DNA of 64,000 bases from Candidatus Latescibacterota bacterium (GTDB lineage: Bacteria > Latescibacterota > UBA2968 > GCA-2709665): contig CAXXXF010000007.1 in assembly GCA_963667175.2 (NCBI GenBank), positions 140,796 through 204,795 of the forward strand, written 5' to 3'. Below are positions 21,654 through 31,770 of the stretch, in pieces. Numbering within the stretch: the stretch's first letter is position 1; each line of letters starts with the position of its first letter. The position numbers and the translations under genes are program-made. A model generated the notes under the pieces. It was not told the DNA's origin. It did not search any database and saw only the letters and a list, made by a program, of their open reading frames with translations.

Positions 21654-24359
21654 TCAGGACGTCACCGCTTCGAGGTTCTCGTTCAACCTGCCGAGCGCAC
21701 TCCGGTACTGTGCGTGGCGTCCCTTCTCCTTTGTGACTACCTCGGCGGGCGCATTGTTCAGAAAACCCGTGTTACTGAGCTTCCGATCCAGTCCGCCCAG
21801 CAGCGCCTCCATCTTTTCGATTTCCTTCTTCAAACGCTTACGCTCCAGATCGAGATCGATCAGCCCCTGCAACGGCACAAAGATCTCGACGTCCTTCAAC
21901 ACGGCGCTGGCAGAAGCCGGCGGCCGGACGATATCGGCGCCGATGCGAAGGTCCGCCACCCTGGCAAGCGCGCCAAGGTAGACCTCGAACCGGGTAAGGA
22001 CGTTCGCAACCTCGACCGAATTCACTTTCAAATGGACGTCGGCGCGCCTGCCAGGCGGCACGCGCATCGTGCCACGAATATTCCTGATTGTACCCACCAC
22101 CTTCCGCAATAGCGCCATCTCCCGTTCCGCCGTCTCGTCGAATCGTCTCCGGTCCGCCTCCGGCCACTTCGCGACAATCAGAGCTTCCCCGGAGTGGGGA
22201 AGTTGCTGCCACAGTGCCTCGGAGACAAACGGCGCCATCGGATGAAGCAGACGCAGGGCGCCCTCCAGTACGTGGACGAGCACGCGACGCGCGGTCGTTC
22301 CCGGTTCCGGGTCGACGTCATTCAGCCGCACCTTGGCGATTTCCAGGTACCAGTCACAATACGCGTTCCAGACGAACTCGTACAGGGTCCTGGATGCTTC
22401 GTCAAAGCGGTAGGCCTCGAGTGATCCGGTCACGGCGCACACCGTGTGGTTGTACTGGCTGAGTATCCAACGGTCCGCGGTATCGAACGGATCCACCTGC
22501 GGCGTCGCCGCCGAATGGACGTCGTCACGCTCCAGGTTCATCTGCACGAACCGCGCCGCGTTCCAGATCTTGTTGCAGAAATTCCTGCACGACTCCGTAA
22601 TCGGAGAATCCTGCAGATGATTGTCGACGACGTCGGCGTCAAAACGGACGTCCTGCGAACTGCCGCACTGGTAAAGCAGCGAAAGACGCGTGGCGTCGGC
22701 GCCGTACCGTTTGATCAACTCCCTGGGGTCGATTCCGGTACCCAGCGACTTGCTCATTCGTTTCCCGTCACGCGTCTGGACGGTCGGATGCACAAGTACG
22801 GTCCCAAAGGGAATCTCATCCACGAACTCCACGGCCGTCATGATCATTCTCGCCACCCAGAGGTAGAGAATATCCCTGCCGGTGATCATCAGGTCGGTCG
22901 GATGAAACGTCTTCAGGTCCTCGGCCTGATCGGGCCATCCCAGGGTGGCGAACGGCCACAGGGCCGACGAGAACCAGGTGTCCAGAACGTCCGGATCCTG
23001 CGCAAGGTCCCGGCTCCCGCAGGCATCGCAGCGATCGGGCGCATCCACTCGAACCAGCATTTTTCCGCACCCCTCGCAGGTCCACACGGGGATCCGGTGT
23101 CCCCACCAGATCTGACGGGAGATGCACCAGTCCTGGATGTTTTCCAACCACTCAACGGAATACTCCCGAAACCGATCCGGTACGTATTTGATCTTACGCT
23201 TCTTCAAAGCGGGCAGCGCCTGATCCGCCAGGGACCTCATAGCCAGAAACCACTGGTCCATCGGCAGCGGCTCGATGGACGTGCCACACTTATCGTGGTG
23301 CGGGACCATGTGTTCGTAATCCTCAATGCGTTCGAGCAGTCCCAATTCCTTCAGGTCGGCAATCACCGCGTTTCGGCATGCAAAGCGGTCCATGCCGCGA
23401 TACGCCCCCGCCTCGCCGGTCATCTCTCCGTTGAATCCAATCACCTGGATCTCGGGCAACCCGTGCCGCAGCCCGATATCGTAGTCATTGGGGTCGTGCG
23501 CGGGCGTCACCTTAACGGCGCCGCTGCCCATCTCCGGGTCCGCGTACCGATCGGCCACGATGGGAATGGGGCGATCCATGATCGGCAACATGACGCGTTT
23601 GCCGATCGCCCGCTGCCAGCGCCGGTCTTCCGGATGCACCGCCACGCCGGTGTCTCCCAGCATCGTCTCAGGTCGCGTCGTGGCGACGACCACGTCCGGC
23701 CCCCCCTCCAGACCCGGATAGCGAATATGCCACAGGTGTCCCTCGTGTTCCCGCTCCTCCACCTCCAGGTCCGATATGACCGTGCCGCAACTCGGGCACC
23801 AGTTTACCATCCGCCTGCCTCGGTAGACCCATCCCCGTTCATGGAATCTCACAAAAGCCGACAGGACCGACCGGGCGTAGCTGCGGTCCATGGTATACCG
23901 TTCCCGGTCCCAATCGTAGCTGCATCCCATTTCCCGGAGCTGTTTGAGTATGGTTCCCCCGTATTGCTGTTTCCAGGCGACGATTCGTCCCAACATCGTC
24001 TCCCGGCCAATATCGTGGCGCCCTTTTCCTTCCTCCGCGAAAAGCTGCTGTTCCACCTTCATCTGGGTGGCAATTCCGGCGTGGTCGGTGCCGGGCAGGC
24101 AGAGCGTCCGATAGCCCTGCATGCGCTTCCAACGCACCACGGCGTCATGTATCGCATGCTGCAGCGCGTGCCCCATGTGTAGCTCTCCCGTGACGTTCGG
24201 CGGCGGAATTGTAATGGCATATGCCTTTCCGGCCGCCTGGAACTCCGGGCTGAAATAGCCCTTCTCTTCCCAGAAGGCGTACCAGGTTGCTTCCACCGAC
24301 CCCGGATCGTACTTTTTCTCGAGCACGGCCTGTTCTCCCGTACCGCCAATCCGCACCAC
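21654..24359 (-). CDS. valS: Valine--tRNA ligase
   Basis: PPPNVTGELHMGH, ATTRPET, DWCISRQ, DVLDTWFSS, RMSKS, C-terminal coiled coil. Confidence 0.99.
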   Translation of the reverse strand: MVRIGGTGEQAVLEKKYDPGSVEATWYAFWEEKGYFSPEFQAAGKAYAITIPPPNVTGELHMGHALQHAIHDAVVRWKRMQGYRTLCLPGTDHAGIATQMKVEQQLFAEEGKGRHDIGRETMLGRIVAWKQQYGGTILKQLREMGCSYDWDRERYTMDRSYARSVLSAFVRFHERGWVYRGRRMVNWCPSCGTVISDLEVEEREHEGHLWHIRYPGLEGGPDVVVATTRPETMLGDTGVAVHPEDRRWQRAIGKRVMLPIMDRPIPIVADRYADPEMGSGAVKVTPAHDPNDYDIGLRHGLPEIQVIGFNGEMTGEAGAYRGMDRFACRNAVIADLKELGLLERIEDYEHMVPHHDKCGTSIEPLPMDQWFLAMRSLADQALPALKKRKIKYVPDRFREYSVEWLENIQDWCISRQIWWGHRIPVWTCEGCGKMLVRVDAPDRCDACGSRDLAQDPDVLDTWFSSALWPFATLGWPDQAEDLKTFHPTDLMITGRDILYLWVARMIMTAVEFVDEIPFGTVLVHPTVQTRDGKRMSKSLGTGIDPRELIKRYGADATRLSLLYQCGSSQDVRFDADVVDNHLQDSPITESCRNFCNKIWNAARFVQMNLERDDVHSAATPQVDPFDTADRWILSQYNHTVCAVTGSLEAYRFDEASRTLYEFVWNAYCDWYLEIAKVRLNDVDPEPGTTARRVLVHVLEGALRLLHPMAPFVSEALWQQLPHSGEALIVAKWPEADRRRFDETAEREMALLRKVVGTIRNIRGTMRVPPGRRADVHLKVNSVEVANVLTRFEVYLGALARVADLRIGADIVRPPASASAVLKDVEIFVPLQGLIDLDLERKRLKKEIEKMEALLGGLDRKLSNTGFLNNAPAEVVTKEKGRHAQYRSALGRLNENLEAVTS

Positions 24360-24419
24360 TTCAGGATAGACGGAAACTCAGATTGTTGTCTTCGTATGAG
24401 CCCGGTCGTCGTCCGGTCT

Positions 24420-25202
24420 TCAACTTCCGTAGGGCGCCGATGGCGACTCCGCAGCCAGCATGCGATTCAGAAAGTCCAGTGACTTGACCTGGCCCCGGTT
24501 CTCAATATGGCGCCATAGAAAGCTGCGCAAGACGCGCCGCGCTTCGCTGACGTCGACCGACCGGAACCCCTTCTCTTCGACTCGGTCCGCACGCGCTGTC
24601 TGAAGTTGCTCAAGGAATTGAACGGTGGGCATCTTAACCCCGATTCCGCCGCGCTCGCAACGGCGGCAGACCGTGCCGCCCCTTCCTGCGTCGAAACAGA
24701 CCCGGTCGCCGGATATCCCCCCGCCGCACTGGACGCATCCGCTCAAATGGGGACGATAACCCAGCGCAGCAGACGCCCTCAGTTGAAAATACCAGAGCGG
24801 CAACTCAACTGCGAATTCCTCGATCGTCTCCATCCATCGAAGCGCGTCCAGGGTAACGCTGCAGAGGAGAGAATTCGGATCTTCATCAGGTGTCAGGCGA
24901 TCCAGGAGATCACACACCGCGCTTGCGTAGACAAGGCGCCTGTAATCTCCCTTAAGGCCTTCAAAAGCATGCAGAATATCGCCTTCGCTCAGCGTCTGCA
25001 GATCTCTGTTTGCGCGGCGATACAGGACATATGCTCCCCAGGTCAACGGCTCTACGCTTGCGCCGAACTTGCTCCTGGGACGCCGGGCGCCCCTGGCGAC
25101 AACCCGTACCTTCCCGGTGGAACGGGTGTAGATGACCACCACTTTGCTGCTCTCGCTCATCCGATAACCGCGCAGAACCAGGCCCTCGGTCTTCGATATC
25201 AT
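24420..25202 (-). CDS. recO: DNA repair protein RecO
   Basis: TEGLVLR...ESSKVV...GKVRVVARGARR; CxxC...CxxC zinc motif. Confidence 0.95.
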   Translation of the reverse strand: MISKTEGLVLRGYRMSESSKVVVIYTRSTGKVRVVARGARRPRSKFGASVEPLTWGAYVLYRRANRDLQTLSEGDILHAFEGLKGDYRRLVYASAVCDLLDRLTPDEDPNSLLCSVTLDALRWMETIEEFAVELPLWYFQLRASAALGYRPHLSGCVQCGGGISGDRVCFDAGRGGTVCRRCERGGIGVKMPTVQFLEQLQTARADRVEEKGFRSVDVSEARRVLRSFLWRHIENRGQVKSLDFLNRMLAAESPSAPYGS

Positions 25203-25546
25203 CTTCGGGTGACCGCGGCCGGGTCGCGCGCTCCGGGATAAACCATATAGACCGTTTCGTTTTCCTTTACCATACCGTACCGCTCACGCGCGATTCTCTC
25301 AATGATCGCCAGGTCGTTCTTCAATTTTTCGACTTCGGCCTCCAGTTGCCTGTTTTCCGCCTCCACGGTTTCAATCTCACCGCGCAAGGCCTCGATCTGC
25401 CGGGCCCGTTCCCGTATCTGCAGGTAGCCGCTGTCTCCCGCAAAAAACAAATACACGAACCACAGCGCCGGCAGCGCCCACAAAAATCGATACACCCTTC
25501 TGCGAGGCGCGTACAGAAATTCCCGTTTGCCTCGATAGAATTTCAT
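25199..25546 (-). CDS. Septum formation initiator (FtsB/DivIC family)
   Basis: TM helix, coiled coil and IERIARERYGMVKENE; start ATG 25546 inside the longer ORF. Confidence 0.9.
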   Translation of the reverse strand: MKFYRGKREFLYAPRRRVYRFLWALPALWFVYLFFAGDSGYLQIRERARQIEALRGEIETVEAENRQLEAEVEKLKNDLAIIERIARERYGMVKENETVYMVYPGARDPAAVTRR

Positions 25547-25628
25547 TACGATGACCCCATTGGATGGTGGCAACGCCGAAGACTTCAAACTGGAGAAACA
25601 GGACGCCGAAAGCGCTGGCGAGGCCAGA

Positions 25629-26783
25629 CTAAAGCACCACCAGGTCGTCCCGGTGAACCACCTCTCCTCCCGTCTCCACGTCCAGAATCGAACCCGCCTC
25701 GCCGGTTGACATGCCCAATATACGCTGCACGTCTTCCGAACCGTACTTGACCACGCCGCGCGCCACCTCCAGCCGGCGCCGGTCTTCAACGGCAATCAAC
25801 TCTCCGGCCTCAAAGACGCCGACCACCTCCAGGACACCCGAAGGCAGGAGGCTCTTTCCACGTTTCACGATTGCTTCTACAGCGCCGTCGTCCACAACCA
25901 CGGCGCCGTTGCGACGAGAATTGGCAATCCAGGCCTTCCGGCCGGGCTGTCTCTTCCGCGCGGCAAGAAACAACGTGCCCGCCGGCGTCCCTGCGATGAT
26001 CTGTTCCAATCCGATGCTGTGGCCGTTTGCGATGACGGCCAGCCGGCCCCCCCGCGTCACGCTCCGCGCCGCCTCCAGCTTTGAACGCATGCCGCCAAGG
26101 CTCACCCCGCCGCCGGCTTTCCCCACTCTTTCGATCATATCGGGGCGGACCTCCTTAACCCGTGCAATGAGGCGCGCACGTGAGTTCCGGTCGGGATCTT
26201 CAGAGAAGAGTCCATCCACGTCGGTGAGAATAACGAGAAGGTCGGCGTCGACCAGATGCGTGACGAGCGCGGAAAGGCGATCGTTGTCGCCCACCGAAAG
26301 CTGGAGTTCCTCAACGGCCACGCTGTCGTTTTCGTTGAGAATCGGAACGGCGCCGAATCGAAACAACGAATCCAGCGTATTCCGCGCGTTGACGTAACGT
26401 CTCCGGTTGTCCAGGTCATCGGCCGTCAGCAGAACCTGCCCGACCGGAACGTCATGGGCTCGGAACGCGAGCTTGTACGCGTTCATCAGCAACCCCTGTC
26501 CAACCGCCGCCGTTGCCTGCAGCGCTGCCAGGCGACGCGGCCGTTCGACCAGGCCCAGCCGTCCCATGCCGGCCCCTACAGCGCCCGATGAGACGACGGC
26601 GACCTGAGTTCCCGTTCGGCGCAATTCCGCCACGTCAGCGGCCAGACGATTTATCAGCTGCAGATTCAGCGCGCGATCCTGCTGCGTCACCAGACGGGTC
26701 CCCAGCTTTACCACGACACGCCGGATACCCCGAAAGAGCTCCTTTCGCTCCGGACATGCCGCGCCATGCCCGAAATCGCCCAT
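25629..26783 (-). CDS. proB: Glutamate 5-kinase
   Basis: VVKLGT, VSSGAV, NENDSV, GDND, GGMRSK, C-terminal PUA domain; start approximate. Confidence 0.96.
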   Translation of the reverse strand: MGDFGHGAACPERKELFRGIRRVVVKLGTRLVTQQDRALNLQLINRLAADVAELRRTGTQVAVVSSGAVGAGMGRLGLVERPRRLAALQATAAVGQGLLMNAYKLAFRAHDVPVGQVLLTADDLDNRRRYVNARNTLDSLFRFGAVPILNENDSVAVEELQLSVGDNDRLSALVTHLVDADLLVILTDVDGLFSEDPDRNSRARLIARVKEVRPDMIERVGKAGGGVSLGGMRSKLEAARSVTRGGRLAVIANGHSIGLEQIIAGTPAGTLFLAARKRQPGRKAWIANSRRNGAVVVDDGAVEAIVKRGKSLLPSGVLEVVGVFEAGELIAVEDRRRLEVARGVVKYGSEDVQRILGMSTGEAGSILDVETGGEVVHRDDLVVL

Positions 26784-26836
26784 CGATCCATCCCCGGTTC
26801 GAAGCCTCTTACCTGGTCGCGCCTTGCAAGAATCCA

Positions 26837-27625
26837 TTACAGTTCCACCCTGACACGGCGCCGTACACACACGCCCCGCGTGGCCAGGTATGCTTTCACC
26901 TGGGGAATGCTATATTGCCGATAGTGAAAGATCGACGCCGCTAGAGCCGCGCTCGCCTTGCCCCGATGAAGCACCTGATACATGTGCTCCGGCCCGCCCG
27001 AACCCCCGGAAGCCACGATCGGCACGTCCACAAGCTCTGCCACCGCGCGGTTCAGCTCGACGTCGTACCCCTCCCTCGTGCCGTCGGCATCAATGCTGTT
27101 CAACACGATCTCCCCCGCGCCCCTGTCGACCAGTTCCAGCGCCCATTCCAGGACATCCTTGCCCGTCGGCGTCCTGCCTCCGTTGATCACGACCTCCCAT
27201 TCCGGCCGTTCGGACTTTCCCCCCCGGCGAACCGCGTCGATGGATCCCACGATCGCCTGCGTCCCGAATCGCTCCGCGCCGCGGGTAATCAACTCAGGTG
27301 TACGAACAGCGGCCGAATTAATGGATGCCTTTTCGGCGCCGCCTTCGATGATTGTGCGGATATCATCAAAGGTCCGGACGCCGCCGCCCACCGTAAACGG
27401 GATAAACACCTGTTCTGACACCTGGCGCACGAGATCGGCCACAATCTCCCGTTTCTCGGCCGACGCCGTAATGTCGTAAAGTACGAGTTCGTCAGCCCCT
27501 TCCTCGTCGTACCTGCGGGCCAGATCGACGGGGTCTCCGGCGTCCCGGTCCGCCGAAAATCTCACACCTCGGACATTTCGCCCGTTCTTGACGTCCAGAC
27601 AGGGTATGATGCGCTTTGCTAGCAT
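26837..27625 (-). CDS. hisF: Imidazole glycerol phosphate synthase cyclase subunit
   Basis: [37 protein letters not shown]. Confidence 0.98.
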   Translation of the reverse strand: MLAKRIIPCLDVKNGRNVRGVRFSADRDAGDPVDLARRYDEEGADELVLYDITASAEKREIVADLVRQVSEQVFIPFTVGGGVRTFDDIRTIIEGGAEKASINSAAVRTPELITRGAERFGTQAIVGSIDAVRRGGKSERPEWEVVINGGRTPTGKDVLEWALELVDRGAGEIVLNSIDADGTREGYDVELNRAVAELVDVPIVASGGSGGPEHMYQVLHRGKASAALAASIFHYRQYSIPQVKAYLATRGVCVRRRVRVEL

Positions 27626-28224
27626 ACCCGCTCCGCGAAATTCTTCAGGATAAGCAGTCCGAGGTCCTGGCTCTTCTCGGGGTGAAACTGGAGGCCGTAG
27701 GCGGCCCCGCGGCCCGCGACGGACGTATAGTCCAACGCGTAATCCGTTGTTGCCACACAATCGGATTCCAGGTCGGGATCAACATAGTACGAATGTACGA
27801 AATAGAAAAACGCATCGTCGGGAATGCCCTCGAGAAGTGGCGTCTGCCTCCGGATGCGAACCTGGTTCCACCCAATCTGGGGGACTCGCACACCGTCGGG
27901 AAACCGCCGTACCTTCCCCGGGAAAACGCCGAGTCCACGATGTCGCCCCATCTCATCGCTTTCGGAAAAAAGAAGCTGGAGACCGACGCAAATGCCCAGG
28001 AATGGCCGGCCGCTGTCGATCGAATCCAATAGGGGCTCGATCAGCCCGCCCGCCTTGAGATTCACCATCGCGTCTCCAAAGGCCCCGACCCCGGGCAAGA
28101 CCACGCGGGCGGCGCTGTTCACGTCTTCCGGGCGGTCCGTAATCGACGCGGCGTGACCGACCCGCTCAAATCCCTTTTGCACGCTGCGCAGATTGCCCGC
28201 GCCACAGTCTACAATCACGATCAT
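27619..28224 (-). CDS. hisH: Imidazole glycerol phosphate synthase glutaminase subunit
   Basis: [27 protein letters not shown]. Confidence 0.98.
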   Translation of the reverse strand: MIVIVDCGAGNLRSVQKGFERVGHAASITDRPEDVNSAARVVLPGVGAFGDAMVNLKAGGLIEPLLDSIDSGRPFLGICVGLQLLFSESDEMGRHRGLGVFPGKVRRFPDGVRVPQIGWNQVRIRRQTPLLEGIPDDAFFYFVHSYYVDPDLESDCVATTDYALDYTSVAGRGAAYGLQFHPEKSQDLGLLILKNFAERVC

Positions 28225-28260
28225 CAGATGCTCCGTCCGTATCCCCGCGTTACCGACTGC

Positions 28261-29079
28261 CTACTTTCCAAGCTCCTCGGATCGCCGGGTCGCGGCCTCC
28301 ACCGCCTTCATCAACGCGGCGCGAAATCCGCCCAGCTCCAGGGCCTGCAATCCGGCAATCGTCGTGCCACCGGCGGACGCGACCTGGTCTTTGAGCACGG
28401 CCGGGTGCTGCCCGCTCTCGATCACCATCTTCGCGCCGCCGAAAACCGTCTGCGCGGCCAGCTTGAGCGCGACGGGCTTCGGAATCCCCATCCTGACGCC
28501 CCCGTCAGCAAGCGCGTCGATCATCACGTACACGAAGGCGGGGCCGCTGCCGGAGAGCCCCGTTACGGCATCCATTTGTGCTTCACTCAAGCGTACGGAC
28601 TCACCGACCGTCTCCAGAATGGCTTCAGCGGTCGCGATATGGGTTTCCTGCGCGAAACGGCCCGCGCAAATGGCGGAAACGGACACGCGAATCTGCGCAA
28701 GGATATTCGGCATCGCCCGCACGACAGGGATCCTCCCGCCCAGAACTTCCTCGATCGCCCCGGTCCGTACGCCGCCCATAATCGAAAGCACCGTCTGCCG
28801 GTCGGTAAGGGCCGCTGACGCGGGCGCGACAACCGAAACCCAGATCTGGGGCTTCAGGCCAAGCACGACCACGTCGTGTTCGGCGGCTGCGGACGCGGCG
28901 TCGCGGCTGGTGTTCACCCCCAGCGCCGTGCGATGCGCCTCCAGCAACGTCGTATCGATATCCACGGCCGTCACCCGTTCCGGCGCGACGGCGCCGGACT
29001 GCGCCAGACCGGAAATCAACGCGCCACCCATATTTCCGGCGCCAATGACGGCGATGCTCTTGCTGCTTATCTCATCCAT
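28261..29079 (-). CDS. proC: Pyrroline-5-carboxylate reductase
   Basis: IGAGNMG, RAMPN, TGLSGSGPA, SAGGTT. Confidence 0.97.
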   Translation of the reverse strand: MDEISSKSIAVIGAGNMGGALISGLAQSGAVAPERVTAVDIDTTLLEAHRTALGVNTSRDAASAAAEHDVVVLGLKPQIWVSVVAPASAALTDRQTVLSIMGGVRTGAIEEVLGGRIPVVRAMPNILAQIRVSVSAICAGRFAQETHIATAEAILETVGESVRLSEAQMDAVTGLSGSGPAFVYVMIDALADGGVRMGIPKPVALKLAAQTVFGGAKMVIESGQHPAVLKDQVASAGGTTIAGLQALELGGFRAALMKAVEAATRRSEELGK

Positions 29080-29137
29080 ATGGGTGTTTCGATTCTCCGC
29101 GCCTGCGCGGCTCCCTGGTGTTCTGGAGGTTTGGGGA

Positions 29138-30067
29138 TCAACGGTTGACAAAGGTCAACCAGCCGTGACGGTCTTCCGTCTCCCCCGAAACGACGCCGAA
29201 GAAAGCGTCCTGAAGGGCTTTCGTGATGGGCCCGCGGGTCCCTGCTCCGATAGGAATGTGATCGATTTTCGCGATTGGCGTCACTTCGGCCGCACTGCCG
29301 GTAAAAAAGACTTCGTCGGCGATATATAGCGACTCTCGCGGAATGGCGCGCTGCGTTACCGCGTAGCCCAGGTCACGTGCCAGCGTGATCACCGAGTGAC
29401 GGGTAATGCCGGGCAGAATCGACGATCCGGTGGAGGGCGTGTAAATCGCGCCGTTCTTCACCATGAAGATATTTTCTCCGCTGGCTTCGCTCACGTGGCC
29501 CTGCGCGTCCAGCGCGATTCCTTCCACGTATCCGTCGGCGATCGCTTCCAGCTTGATCAACTGCGAGTTCATATAATTGGCGCCGACCTTGGCGAGCGAC
29601 GGCATCGTATTCGGCGCCAGCCGGTTCCACGAGGAGAACCGCACCTCGGCGCCCTTTTCGAGCGCTTCCTCCCCCAGATAGGCGCCCCATTCCCACACGG
29701 CAATCACGACTTCGACGGGACAGGACGAGGGATCCACACCCAGACTTCCGTATCCTCGAAAGATCACGGGACGCACGTAACAGGCCTGAAGGCCGTTTGT
29801 GCGGATAGATTCCAGAATAGCCCGAGACAATTCCTCAGGCTCGTACGGAATTGGCATCCGGTAAATCTTGGCCGAATCGTACAGCCGGTTCACGTGATCC
29901 GCCAACCGGAAACAGGCCGGCCCGCTGTGCGTTTCGTAGCAACGAACACCCTCGAATACGCTGGATCCGTAATGCACGACGTGCGACAGCACGTGAATTC
30001 TCGCGTCGTCCCAATCCACGAACTTTCCGTTGAACCAGATCTTGTCCGCCTTCGGCATCGGAGGCAT
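29138..30067 (-). CDS. ilvE: Branched-chain amino acid aminotransferase
   Basis: [40 protein letters not shown]. Confidence 0.97.
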   Translation of the reverse strand: MPPMPKADKIWFNGKFVDWDDARIHVLSHVVHYGSSVFEGVRCYETHSGPACFRLADHVNRLYDSAKIYRMPIPYEPEELSRAILESIRTNGLQACYVRPVIFRGYGSLGVDPSSCPVEVVIAVWEWGAYLGEEALEKGAEVRFSSWNRLAPNTMPSLAKVGANYMNSQLIKLEAIADGYVEGIALDAQGHVSEASGENIFMVKNGAIYTPSTGSSILPGITRHSVITLARDLGYAVTQRAIPRESLYIADEVFFTGSAAEVTPIAKIDHIPIGAGTRGPITKALQDAFFGVVSGETEDRHGWLTFVNR

Positions 30068-30166
30068 TTCTAATCCTTTTTGGATGAATGGACGCTTTTC
30101 CCGTGGAATCCCCAGCGGAAATAATGCCGGCATCGGCAACCCACGAAGGCGAATCCCACGTTGCCG

Positions 30167-31000
30167 CTATTGGCTTTTGCAATTCTGCCTGACGGTATCG
30201 CAAGACGCCCTGAGCGCGCGACAGATACGCTCAAACTGGGGTATGGAAATCGCTTCCGGTCTCAACCTGAAGTCGATTGCCGCTGCCGCGCCCGCGCGTT
30301 CCAGGGCCGCAGTCCCGCCGTTCACGATTCCACGCAGGGTATTTTTCAGCATCTTTCGCCGCTGGGCGAATGCCGTCCGGACCACGCGAAAGAAAAAATC
30401 CTCATCCTGAATCCGGTAGGGAACTTCCCCCTGGAAGTCCAGCCGAATCACGGAGGAAAAGACCCGAGGCGCCGGAAAAAACACGCCTGGACTCAGGTCG
30501 AACAACCTCCTGGGCCGGGAATACAACTGAACGGAGATCGAGAGGACCCCGTATTCCCTGCTGCCCGGCGCGGCGACGATTCGACAAGCGACCTCCCGCT
30601 GAACGGTCAGGACGGCTCTCTTTAACCGGCAACGGGATTCCAGGATCCGATGGAGTACCGCGCCCGTGATGTTGTACGGCAGGTTGCCGACCAGAACCGC
30701 CCTTTCGAATCCTTCCGCGCGAATCAGGTCATGAAAATCGATCGTCAGTACGTCCTGGTTGCGCAGGCGCAATTCGCTACCGAATCGGGACCGCAGAAAA
30801 CCGCACAGCGCCTCGTCCCGCTCGATGCCGATCACCCTGGCCGATTCCGCCAGCAGACGGCCGGTCAGTGCGCCGCGGCCGGGGCCGATTTCGACGACCA
30901 GATCGTCGGCGCCCGCGCAGACCGCCTTCACGATCCTGTGGACAGACCCCGTGTCGGTCAGGAAATGCTGTGCCAGGCCCTTTTTGGGCTTGTTCATCAC
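30167..31000 (-). CDS. rsmA: 16S rRNA adenine dimethyltransferase
   Basis: KKGLAQHFL, EIGPGRGALT, GNLPYNI, QRRKML. Confidence 0.97.
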   Translation of the reverse strand: MMNKPKKGLAQHFLTDTGSVHRIVKAVCAGADDLVVEIGPGRGALTGRLLAESARVIGIERDEALCGFLRSRFGSELRLRNQDVLTIDFHDLIRAEGFERAVLVGNLPYNITGAVLHRILESRCRLKRAVLTVQREVACRIVAAPGSREYGVLSISVQLYSRPRRLFDLSPGVFFPAPRVFSSVIRLDFQGEVPYRIQDEDFFFRVVRTAFAQRRKMLKNTLRGIVNGGTAALERAGAAAAIDFRLRPEAISIPQFERICRALRASCDTVRQNCKSQ

Positions 31001-31770
31001 GTCAACCCGAATAGCCGAACGGCGTTTGCGGTGGTTCGGGCTGCGAGGCCTTCCAATGGCTCGTCCGCGCAGCCCGCGATAAATTCGGCGATCTGCCTGA
31101 CGTAGGCCGGTTCATTCCGCCGTCCCCGATACGGCGCCGGCGCAAGATACGGGCAGTCGGTCTCCAGAAGCACCCGATCGGGCGGAGCGCCCATCGCCAC
31201 GGGCAACGACGTGGAACGTGTATAGGTCACCGTTCCGCCGAATCCCAGATGGAAGCCAAGATCCACGGCCCGTCCGGCCTGGCCCTCACGTCCGCCGAAA
31301 CAGTGCAATGCCCCGCCGGCCGCCTGGCCGCCCTCGGCCTCGAGGATGTCCATCACCCGGTCCTCCGCGCCGCGACTGTGAATAATGAGCGGAAGTCCCG
31401 CCTGAAGCGCCAGGTTGATATGGAAGCGAAAAATCCGCTCCTGGAGAGGTCGGGGCGCATAGTCCCGAAAGAAATCCAGACCCGTCTCACCCACCGCCAC
31501 AACGTTTTCATTCGCGGCAAGCCGGCCCAGCGCCGCCAGGCCGTCCGGGTCGGCCAGTTCGACGTCGTGCGGATGGAATCCCGCAGTTGCGAAGACTCCC
31601 TCGTGCCGGCAAGCCAGATCCAGCGCACGCCGGCTTACGTCCAGGTTTGTGCCGACGTTCACGATGCGGGTTACCCCTGCCGCCCGGGCCCGCCGGATCG
31701 TCGCCGCTTCCTCCCCGAGAAACTGTGGAAAATTCAGATGGGCATGGGTATCGACAAGCATTGTCCTCAA
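30997..31770 (-). CDS. TatD family nuclease
   Basis: DTHAHL, GFHPH, GETGLD, HSR, HCF, ETDCPYL. Confidence 0.96.
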   Translation of the reverse strand: MRTMLVDTHAHLNFPQFLGEEAATIRRARAAGVTRIVNVGTNLDVSRRALDLACRHEGVFATAGFHPHDVELADPDGLAALGRLAANENVVAVGETGLDFFRDYAPRPLQERIFRFHINLALQAGLPLIIHSRGAEDRVMDILEAEGGQAAGGALHCFGGREGQAGRAVDLGFHLGFGGTVTYTRSTSLPVAMGAPPDRVLLETDCPYLAPAPYRGRRNEPAYVRQIAEFIAGCADEPLEGLAARTTANAVRLFGLT